DNA of 38,786 nucleotides, from NCBI GenBank assembly GCA_028280675.1, contig JANQLI010000148.1:1-38786 (forward strand). Reading direction: 5' to 3'. Both the position numbers and the translations under genes were made by a program. Within the stretch, counting starts at the first letter, position 1, and each line of letters begins with the position of its first letter. Under the pieces are notes generated by a model. The model saw only the letters and a program-made list of their open reading frames with translations. It ran no database searches and was not told the DNA's origin. Of this stretch, positions 1 to 7,560 are shown piece after piece. The stretch is from Alphaproteobacteria bacterium (lineage in GTDB: Bacteria > Pseudomonadota > Alphaproteobacteria > SMXP01).

Positions 1-399
1 CAAACAAGTACTCAGATCCGGGTTATTCGGCCTCTTTCAGTCGATAAGACTGAGGTCACAATTTATTGTTTCGCTCCGAAGGGAGAGAGCGTCGAAGATC
101 GATCTCATCGCATTCGTCAGTATGAGGACTTCTTCAATGCAAGTGGTATGGCAACGCCAGATGATCTAAGGGAGTTCGAGCAATCACAAAAGGGATTCCA
201 AGGCACATCGGCTGAATGGAGTGATATTTCAAGAGGATCAACGCATTGGATCGAAGGTGCTGATGATAATGCAAAAGCTCTAGGCATCCATCCATTGATG
301 AGTGGTGAGAGAGTGGATGATGAAGGCATCTTCCTCGGTCAGCATGAATATTGGCTAGATACTCTAAAGAATGAATTGAAAAATGAAGTTGAGTTATGA
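1..399 (+). CDS. benA: Benzoate/toluate 1,2-dioxygenase alpha subunit, C-terminal part (cut by the window edge)
   Basis: Frame is open from base 1: QTSTQIRVIRPLSVDKTEVTIYCFAPKGESVEDRSHRIRQYEDFFNASGMATPDDLREF, the characteristic BenA/XylX C-terminus. The stop overlaps the next start (ATGA 396-399). The ORF-track start at 148 is internal. Confidence 0.88.
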   Translation, partial: QTSTQIRVIRPLSVDKTEVTIYCFAPKGESVEDRSHRIRQYEDFFNASGMATPDDLREFEQSQKGFQGTSAEWSDISRGSTHWIEGADDNAKALGIHPLMSGERVDDEGIFLGQHEYWLDTLKNELKNEVEL

Positions 400-890
400 G
401 TAAGCTTGCCAGCATTCACGAATTCATCACCGTAGAAGGCCATCTTCTTGATGAGCGCCGTTTTGAAGAATGGCTGGACCTTTATGCAAATGATGTCGAA
501 TACTGGGTGCCGAGTTGGGATGAGAATGGATGCTTGGTTGATAACCCTGAAACGGATGTCTCCTTAATCTATTATTCACGCCGTGCGGGTTTAGAGGATC
601 GAATATTTCGTTTAGGAACAGAAAGGTCTTCTGCTTCCTTTCCATTGCCGCGGACAACACATTTGGCAACCAATGTTCTAATCATGGATAGGGTGGATAA
701 AGATATTTCAGTGAAATCAAACTGGGCCACTTACTCGTATAGAGATAATGTTACGCATGTCTATCATGGTTGTTCGCAGTACGTATTACGACAAGATGCC
801 TCGGAATTGGGTTGGAAAATCAAAAAGAAAAAGATTGTCATTCAAAATGATTATCTTGGACATGTTGTCGATTTTTACAGCATTTATTGA
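396..890 (+). CDS. benB: Benzoate/toluate 1,2-dioxygenase beta subunit
   Basis: 164 aa with LLDERRFEEWL..YWVP..SLIYY..RAGLEDRIFR..SSAS.PLPRTTH, typical of BenB/XylY. Translationally coupled to the alpha subunit. Confidence 0.88.
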   Translation: MSKLASIHEFITVEGHLLDERRFEEWLDLYANDVEYWVPSWDENGCLVDNPETDVSLIYYSRRAGLEDRIFRLGTERSSASFPLPRTTHLATNVLIMDRVDKDISVKSNWATYSYRDNVTHVYHGCSQYVLRQDASELGWKIKKKKIVIQNDYLGHVVDFYSIY

Positions 891-899
891 GTAACCCAA

Positions 900-1940
900 A
901 TGAAAGCCTTCATAAAATCAGATTTTACTCCAGGTCGTGCGTCATATGAAGATGTTAAAAAGCCGGAACCCAATGTGGATCAGGTACTCATAAGAGTTCA
1001 TGCGGCTGGTATCTGTGGCACAGATGTACATGTTTATCACTCCGCACCTTTTATGCTTCCTAAAATTAAGCAGCCTGTGATCATGGGGCATGAAGCAAGT
1101 GGTCGTGTTACGGCAATTGGTGAAAATGTACAATCCGTAAGGGTAGGTGATCGCATTGCGGTAGAAAGCCATATTTGGTGTGGCAACTGTCCAGCCTGTT
1201 TAGCTGGTCTTGAACACGTTTGTCCACATACGACTTATTTTGGTGTGGATGTTGATGGGGTCTTTTCCGAATATGCGCTTTTGCCTGAAAAAGTTTGCCG
1301 CCGCGTTCCTCAAGCGCTCGGCGATGAGGAGGCTGCACTGTTAGAGCCATTTGGCGTTGCGGTGCATGCCGCAACGAGTGGAGGAGGTGTATCTGGAAAG
1401 CGGGTTCTTGTTGCAGGATGCGGCCCGATCGGCCTTATGAATATTGCAGCCGCGAAGGCTCTTGGCGCTTCAGAGGTTTATGCGATTGACAAAAACCAAA
1501 AGAGATTAGATGTCGCAGAAGATATGGGAGCAGATTCTGTCATTCAAGCGAAAAACAATGATGGAAATGATCTGTTCTCCCAGAGTGATTTGGAGAATAT
1601 TGATGTGGCCATTGATTATACAGGACAGGCTGACGTGATTCAGTCCCTGAGCCGTTGTTTGCGCGTAGGAGGTTCCCTTCGTTTGCTGGCGATTCCAGAG
1701 AAATCAGCAGGCTTTCCCTATGAACATATCATACTGAAAGGGCTTGAGGTTGTGGGCGTGCATGGTCGCAAACTTTTTGAGACGTGGGATATTGCTGAAG
1801 ACCTATTAGTGAGTGGGAAAGTGAATCTATGGCCGGTGATCAGTCACCGTTTGTCTCTCCAAGATGTAGATGCTGGGTTTGAGTTTATTGCCCAGGAAGA
1901 AGCGTTAAAGATCCTCATTGTACCTAATAGTACGGAGTAG
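900..1940 (+). CDS. Zn-dependent medium-chain dehydrogenase (threonine-dehydrogenase-like)
   Basis: GICGTD and GHE catalytic Zn motifs, structural Zn motif CGNCPAC-x7-C, Rossmann GCGPIG. GVHGRKLFETW resembles Tdh. Confidence 0.85.
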   Translation: MKAFIKSDFTPGRASYEDVKKPEPNVDQVLIRVHAAGICGTDVHVYHSAPFMLPKIKQPVIMGHEASGRVTAIGENVQSVRVGDRIAVESHIWCGNCPACLAGLEHVCPHTTYFGVDVDGVFSEYALLPEKVCRRVPQALGDEEAALLEPFGVAVHAATSGGGVSGKRVLVAGCGPIGLMNIAAAKALGASEVYAIDKNQKRLDVAEDMGADSVIQAKNNDGNDLFSQSDLENIDVAIDYTGQADVIQSLSRCLRVGGSLRLLAIPEKSAGFPYEHIILKGLEVVGVHGRKLFETWDIAEDLLVSGKVNLWPVISHRLSLQDVDAGFEFIAQEEALKILIVPNSTE

Positions 1941-1958
1941 CACCAATCACTTGCTGTG

Positions 1959-2939
1959 TTATGAACGAACCGTATGGGAAGGAAGCTCGTGATATTCTTT
2001 CTTATACTCTGCCGAAAACCGTCCTAAATGCGTGAATTGAAATTCCATCGCGATATCGGTTACTGATTTTCCTGTGAGGTGTGCTTTTTTGAGCTCTTGC
2101 CGAGCTTTCTCCAGCTTCAGCTTTTTAACATACGCCATAGGAGATATGCCCTGGTGATGTTTAAACCTCTCATACATGGTACGAATGTTAAGATTCGTTG
2201 CTTTGGCAAGAGCTTCAGGTGTAATGGCTTCGCGAATATTATTGTCAATGTAAGCATCGATATTGATAAGCCAAGCTGGTTGGTGTTCTGCTTCGGCTTT
2301 AAAAATTACATATGAATGCGTATTGTCTATGCTGCGGAGCAAATATTGTATGAGAAGCTTTTCTGCTGACTGTGAAAGACAATTTGAGGCTGTGTAAAAT
2401 GAAGACTCTGAAAACATATCATGTGTCATATGGCTGATGAGGCGCACTAAATCCAGCCCAGGTGATGAGCTAATGTCAAAACACTCTTGGAAGACAATGG
2501 GTGTTTTGATGGGTCTACGTGTGATTTCGTAAAGCTCTTTTTTGACTGTTTCTGGGTCGACTAACACGACGACTTTTTCACAATCAGGGCTATAAGTTAC
2601 CTTGATGTTTCCAGTTGGATTGATGATCACTGCATTGTGCTTGTTGGCAGTAAAGCAACGTCCTTCGGAGCGAATCTCACATCGGCCCCTGGTGACGATT
2701 TGGATGTGATACATGGAGCAAGGTTTTGTCGCGCGAACATCAACTTCTTGTCCATAGCTCAGGTAATTAATAGAAGAGCTGCCGATCTGGCTGTGCAGGA
2801 AAATCGCTTTATCTTTTGTTGTATGCGTATTCTCCACGGAACAATAATGGTCGCCTGTGAGCGCCCGCATTTGTTGATGGACCAGACTCGGGTGGGTTTG
2901 CGCGTGGTCGGAATACTCTGGTAAGAAGTCGAAATTCAT
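1959..2939 (-). CDS. AraC/XylS-family regulator (BenR/XylS-like)
   Basis: C-terminal double HTH (TPEALAKATNLNIRTM...SVTDIAMEFQFTHLGRFSAEYK...ELPSHT), an N-terminal effector domain, and benAB nearby. Confidence 0.88.
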   Translation of the reverse strand: MNFDFLPEYSDHAQTHPSLVHQQMRALTGDHYCSVENTHTTKDKAIFLHSQIGSSSINYLSYGQEVDVRATKPCSMYHIQIVTRGRCEIRSEGRCFTANKHNAVIINPTGNIKVTYSPDCEKVVVLVDPETVKKELYEITRRPIKTPIVFQECFDISSSPGLDLVRLISHMTHDMFSESSFYTASNCLSQSAEKLLIQYLLRSIDNTHSYVIFKAEAEHQPAWLINIDAYIDNNIREAITPEALAKATNLNIRTMYERFKHHQGISPMAYVKKLKLEKARQELKKAHLTGKSVTDIAMEFQFTHLGRFSAEYKKEYHELPSHTVRS

Positions 2940-2971
2940 CTGTTCCCTCTCTCACATCACACAATTACTGG

Positions 2972-2989
2972 AAGAATACTAGAATAGCA
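2972..2989. promoter_or_regulatory. Palindromic operator-like motif, copy 1 (AAGAATACTAGAATAGCA)
   Basis: Core ATACTAGAAT in the divergent gap between the AraC gene and the isomerase. Flanks match the consensus less well than in other copies. Confidence 0.5.
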
Positions 2990-3045
2990 GTTATTATCCA
3001 TGCTGACAAACACAGCTATTATTATAACTTTTCTGGACTGCACAG

Positions 3046-3684
3046 ATGAAACTATATGGATTTAGTCGAAGTTCTGCATCGTATCGTGTGCGCATTGCGC
3101 TTAATCTCAAGGGGATAACATATGAACAGCTCTCAGTTCGTCTTAGAGAAGGCGACCAGAGAAAAACAGAGTTTCTGGACTTGAATGCACAAGGTCTAGT
3201 CCCCGTTCTTAAAACGGAATCGCACGATCTTACGCAGTCTCTTGCTATTATAGAATGGCTCGATGAAGAATACCCACTCCCTGAGTTATTACCTCAGGAT
3301 TCTTTCGCGAAGGCTCATGTGCGTGCGATGGCACAGCTTGTCGCCTGTGATATTCATCCAATTAATAATTTACGTGTGTTACAATATCTTCGCGAAACCT
3401 TTTCTCAAGGTGAGGAGGGAGTGAATGAATGGGTGCAGCATTGGATAAATCTGGGTTTTGAATCGCTTGAAATGATTGTTGCGAAAGAACCTGAAGGTAA
3501 TGATTTCTGTTATGGTCAACGTCCCGGACTTGCAGATATCTGCTTGATACCGCAAATTGCGAATGCAGTGCGCTTTGGTGTCGATATGTCTCGTTTTCCG
3601 AGATTGCAGCATATCAATGAGGCATGTTTATGCATGGATTCTTTTCAATCGGCGGCGCCAAGCAATCAACCCGACTTTGATTAA
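3046..3684 (+). CDS. nagL: Glutathione-dependent maleylpyruvate/maleylacetoacetate isomerase (GST zeta)
   Basis: RSSASYRVRIALNLKG, LTQSLAIIEWL, ACDIHPINNLRVL and LADICLIPQ signatures. Adjacent to the gentisate genes. Confidence 0.88.
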   Translation: MKLYGFSRSSASYRVRIALNLKGITYEQLSVRLREGDQRKTEFLDLNAQGLVPVLKTESHDLTQSLAIIEWLDEEYPLPELLPQDSFAKAHVRAMAQLVACDIHPINNLRVLQYLRETFSQGEEGVNEWVQHWINLGFESLEMIVAKEPEGNDFCYGQRPGLADICLIPQIANAVRFGVDMSRFPRLQHINEACLCMDSFQSAAPSNQPDFD

Positions 3685-3711
3685 TGTGAATCCGGTTTAG
3701 TACGAACTCGG

Positions 3712-4410
3712 CTATGTGATTGAGAGGTCTACCGCTCCTATGCCTACTACCTCACCATGGAGATGATCGCCGGGCTGAACAGCTCCAACGCCCGCGGGCG
3801 TTCCTGTATAAATAAGGTCCCCAGGAACAAGGTGATAAAATTTGGATAGGTCGGAAATAATTTCTGGAACACTCCAAATGAGGTCCGAAATATCTGCCAG
3901 TTGTCGCATATCTCCGTTAACCTCAAGGGAGATCCCAGCTCTTTCAGGGTGTCCACATTGTTCTACTGTTACAATAGTTGAAATCACCGCTGATTGTTCA
4001 AAGTCCTTGCCCAGGTCCCATGGGCGTCCTTTCTCGCGTGCAACGAGTTGTAGGTCGCGCCGAGTCATATCTAAGCCAACGGCATACCCAAAAATGTGTT
4101 CGTGAGCAGAGGGTACATCTACATTTGAGCAGGGACTGCCTATTGCAACGACAAGTTCAATCTCGTGATGATAATTTTGCGTCCCGGGCGGGTAGGGTAT
4201 CTGCGCTCCCGTTTCGACAATCGTTGAAGGCGATTTGGTGAAGTAGAAAGGTGCTTCACGATCAACTTTTACTCCCATCTCTGCTGCATGCGCTTCATAG
4301 TTGCGCCCAACACAAAAGATACGGTTTACAGGAAAGCGTTCATCTGTTCCTGAAATCGAAACAGACGACGTTTGCGATGGTGGAAAAGTATAGATATGTT
4401 TTGAAGGCAT
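3712..4410 (-). CDS. nagK: Fumarylpyruvate hydrolase (FAH family)
   Basis: RIFCVGRNY, HHEIELVV, GLDMTRRDLQ, GDLIYTGTPAGVG. Overlaps the gentisate dioxygenase stop by one base. Confidence 0.88.
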   Translation of the reverse strand: MPSKHIYTFPPSQTSSVSISGTDERFPVNRIFCVGRNYEAHAAEMGVKVDREAPFYFTKSPSTIVETGAQIPYPPGTQNYHHEIELVVAIGSPCSNVDVPSAHEHIFGYAVGLDMTRRDLQLVAREKGRPWDLGKDFEQSAVISTIVTVEQCGHPERAGISLEVNGDMRQLADISDLIWSVPEIISDLSKFYHLVPGDLIYTGTPAGVGAVQPGDHLHGEVVGIGAVDLSIT

Positions 4411-5468
4411 TATGTATGATTCTTTTCTGTAAATTCTTCATAGAAACCCAACTTGCGTTGCATGGGTGCATCATCGACCATAAAGAGAAATGCTGAGCGC
4501 GAACTTGATTGGTTTTGGTGTTGAATATTGGCGTGGGTAGGGACAGCAAAAGTGTCCCCTTCGTCCCAGGAAATTGTTTTGCCATCTATGAGGGATTGTC
4601 CACTTCCCTCAATAACATGGATAACTGCACTTGCGGATCGTCGGTGCGGCGTTGCTAACTCGCCGCCTCTTAGCATCAGTGCAGAAAACCCCAGGATCGG
4701 AAGGCATTCTTCACCTGTTTCAGGATTAACATAGGCAAGATGGACAAGTTCATCCAGCGCTGCATCTTTTTCACAGGATATCAATGCATCCCGGACATCT
4801 TTCCAGGGAAAGCGCACAAGGGGGTAAGGTTTCCGTTGTTGGTTTATGGACGAGTACGGGAGAAGACCAGCGCGTTTGTAGCGAGTTTGAGATGCGTCCA
4901 GTTTGTTCGAGAGTGGTTGGGGTGCGCCTTCTATGCAGTAAGAAGCCTCAACGGAATAGACTAATGGCAGATCCAGTGCGTCCAACCAAACAACGGGTCC
5001 GTCGCCATCGTGACCATGTTCATGCCACAGACCAGATGGTGTCAAGATAAGGTCTCCTTTTTCCATGGGGCAGCGTTCGCCTTCAACAGTGGTGAAGCCG
5101 CCACTCCCTTCAACAACAAAACGTACAGCGCTAGGGCTATGACGGTGGTTTGGTGCAACTTCATTGGGAAGAATTAATTGCATTCCAAGATAGATCGTAG
5201 GTGTTGCTTTCATGTTATCCAGGCCTAAACCTGGATTTGCTAATACGAGGACACGTCGTTCCGCTTTTTCAATAGGGGTAAGGTCACCAGCTTGAATCAG
5301 AAGGTGGCGTAAGTCTTGATAACGCCACAGTGTTGCCTCAGTGCTTCGCATGGGTATGTCGTACGGCAGGACATTCCTCAGACTGGGCCATAACGGGAGC
5401 AAGTTTAAGTCCGTTAAGGCTTCACGATAATCAAGTGGTAGATCTTCTAAAGTCCCAAGTTCGCTCAT
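4410..5468 (-). CDS. nagI: Gentisate 1,2-dioxygenase (bicupin)
   Basis: [25 protein letters not shown] and WHEHGH iron-ligand motifs; the N-terminus resembles NagI. Flanked by isomerase and hydrolase genes. Confidence 0.9.
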   Translation of the reverse strand: MSELGTLEDLPLDYREALTDLNLLPLWPSLRNVLPYDIPMRSTEATLWRYQDLRHLLIQAGDLTPIEKAERRVLVLANPGLGLDNMKATPTIYLGMQLILPNEVAPNHRHSPSAVRFVVEGSGGFTTVEGERCPMEKGDLILTPSGLWHEHGHDGDGPVVWLDALDLPLVYSVEASYCIEGAPQPLSNKLDASQTRYKRAGLLPYSSINQQRKPYPLVRFPWKDVRDALISCEKDAALDELVHLAYVNPETGEECLPILGFSALMLRGGELATPHRRSASAVIHVIEGSGQSLIDGKTISWDEGDTFAVPTHANIQHQNQSSSRSAFLFMVDDAPMQRKLGFYEEFTEKNHT

Positions 5469-5498
5469 GAACGGATTACTCTGTTAGGTAGTTCTATT

Positions 5499-5539
5499 AA
5501 GCATACTAGTATATTACATGGATTCTGGCGTGAGTTCAA
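5499..5539 (-). promoter_or_regulatory. nagI promoter candidate with operator-like copy 2 (AAGCATACTAGTATATTA, 5499-5516)
   Basis: Minus strand reads TTGAAC(5539-5534), 17 bp, TAATAT(5516-5511). The perfect core palindrome ATACTAGTAT (5503-5512) overlaps and follows the -10. Confidence 0.6.
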
Positions 5540-5606
5540 TATTCTATCGTCAACGTGGTGCAAAAAGCTGATAATGACACGGCAGAGCTCAAGAAATTCA
5601 GATTTC

Positions 5607-7268
5607 TTACAAATTATATGCTTCTAGTGGGCCTGGGTATTTAGCACCGATGTCTTGACCCTTTCCAATTTCAATATCGATAAGAGTATTCAGTTGCGTG
5701 TTTAGTTTTAGAATAAGGTCGCGGTGCGAGTTTTTACGGCTACCATAAGCGAGATTAGTGATTTCGTGGGGGTCATTTACTGTATCATAAAGCTCTAACT
5801 CGTTATGAGTGATTAAGCTTTCCCAATTACTGGGTTGATGATGTTCGGATGGACGGAAATATCGTGCGAACTTGTACCGGCCATCAAAAACTCCCCGTAA
5901 TAAAGAAATGTTATCGAGGGACGGCCTTTCGTTCTTATTGAGTGTGCGAAGGAGGCGTCGTTTGAAGAATTCCGGATCCCATGCATGAATCGTAGTGTAG
6001 TTAAAGAGAATGCCACGCTCAGAGCGTTTTGTTGGAGCGCTTGTTGTCGTAAGCGCGTCGTTTAGGGGGATGCCGGTGAGTTCAGGAAATGTCTCGTGTG
6101 AGTTCGTCTCACGTTGTTCAGCAAAATTCAAGATTGTCGGTACAATATCAATACCTGATGCTAAGGCTGAAGTTGAGAATCCGCTACTGTAATCGGGGTG
6201 TCGAATGATCAAAGGAACTCTTAAATTCTCTTTGTAAATATCGGGTCCTTTTAAGCGTAATCCATGGGCACCGGCGCGCTCGCCATGATCACTCGAATAA
6301 ATAATGATAGTGTTGTCGTATTGACCCGATTTGATAAGGGCATTGAGGACAGATTGAAGTTGTGTATCTGCATCTTGTATGCATGCATAATAATAAGACT
6401 GCCACTTCTTCCACTTTGCCTCATCATAACTTGTGGTTTCGCCTAACATATAGTCAAGGAACAGGGCATGATCCTTTTGCGCACTTGGTTTCTCTTTTAG
6501 GTCATCCAAATAGTAACTTTCAGGTAAATCATAATCCGTATCAGTGCTGTAGGGTGGAGCATTTGGGGCTTGGTGTAACTTTGAAACAAAGCCAGGGTGG
6601 ATCCGTTTTGATTCTTGCTGTCCCGTCACATCAAAATACATAATATCATGTGGATTGATAAAATTGACGGCAAGAAACCAAGGTTTGTCTTTCGAGATAC
6701 GTGTTGACTTATCGAGCAGCCAGTTGCTTGCATCCTTCGCAATGAGCGGATCAAGTCGATGCCCGTCCCAACCTTTTCCGCCATGAATCTTTTCATCCTG
6801 AAAATCTGAGAAACCAAAGCCATCGAGATCAAGTGTTGAATTAAAATTGTGATAGGTGAGGTGCCACTTACCCTTATAGGCCGTATAATAGCCAAGCTCG
6901 CGCAGCATATGACCAATAGTTTTTACTCCTGGGGCAAGTCCTGCAGACGGTTGCTCATCTCCTGGATTTGCGAAGACGCCCGTGTGTTGTGTATGCTGAC
7001 CTGTATAAATTGTTGAGCGTGATGGAGCACATGGTGCTGTTGTCACATAATAATTTGTAAAGTTGACACCATTCTCCTCTAAAAAATCGTGTCCAGGCAA
7101 ACTAAGATTCGAAGGTAAATCACCTCGGGACCTTTCTTGATCCGAGAGGATTAGAAGTATATTTGGCCTAGCGTGTTTTCGTGAAAGAAATGCCGCAGAC
7201 TGAGCTTTCCTAGCCGAGTTGAGGCTGAGAGTTGCCAGTGCGCTGGCTAAAAAAGTTCGCCTTTTCAT
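5607..7268 (-). CDS. Cys-type (formylglycine-dependent) sulfatase-family hydrolase with Tat signal
   Basis: MKRRTFL twin-arginine signal, PNILLILSDQ, CAPSRSTIYTG (CxPxR), GYYTAYKGKWHL, SDHG. Confidence 0.88.
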   Translation of the reverse strand: MKRRTFLASALATLSLNSARKAQSAAFLSRKHARPNILLILSDQERSRGDLPSNLSLPGHDFLEENGVNFTNYYVTTAPCAPSRSTIYTGQHTQHTGVFANPGDEQPSAGLAPGVKTIGHMLRELGYYTAYKGKWHLTYHNFNSTLDLDGFGFSDFQDEKIHGGKGWDGHRLDPLIAKDASNWLLDKSTRISKDKPWFLAVNFINPHDIMYFDVTGQQESKRIHPGFVSKLHQAPNAPPYSTDTDYDLPESYYLDDLKEKPSAQKDHALFLDYMLGETTSYDEAKWKKWQSYYYACIQDADTQLQSVLNALIKSGQYDNTIIIYSSDHGERAGAHGLRLKGPDIYKENLRVPLIIRHPDYSSGFSTSALASGIDIVPTILNFAEQRETNSHETFPELTGIPLNDALTTTSAPTKRSERGILFNYTTIHAWDPEFFKRRLLRTLNKNERPSLDNISLLRGVFDGRYKFARYFRPSEHHQPSNWESLITHNELELYDTVNDPHEITNLAYGSRKNSHRDLILKLNTQLNTLIDIEIGKGQDIGAKYPGPLEAYNL

Positions 7269-7376
7269 TGTGGATCCCTATCGGCTTAAACAGATTTTAT
7301 TAGATTCATCATGACTTTTCAGTTGGATAGGTCGTGATCCTCACAACCCTAGGCAACTCGTTGTTCGATAAATACC

Positions 7377-7405
7377 TTGACATAGGCTAACATATTAGTA
7401 TGCTA
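7377..7405 (+). promoter_or_regulatory. TonB-receptor promoter candidate with operator-like copy 3 (TAACATATTAGTATGCTA, 7388-7405)
   Basis: TTGACA(7377-7382), 16 bp, TATGCT(7399-7404). The palindrome covers the spacer and the -10. Confidence 0.65.
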
Positions 7406-7560
7406 AAGGCAATCTTGTGCACCGGCTAAACAGCCTGAGAGGCGTAAGATTTATAGAGATAGGGGGTTGTCGGAGCATTTTCATTTGTATGCTTGCATGC
7501 GCTAAGCGCTGTGACTGCAAAAAAATTATGCGTTCGGCTTAAACAAAGAGGAATTTAGAG

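Noticed and set aside
4410-5468. 1-hydroxy-2-naphthoate or salicylate 1,2-dioxygenase
   Set aside because: Same cupin family, but the NagI-like sequence and adjacent isomerase and hydrolase favour gentisate.
5558-5572. TGCA-N6-TGATA resembling a XylS/BenR half-site
   Set aside because: Single imperfect copy with no tandem partner, oriented opposite to nagI.
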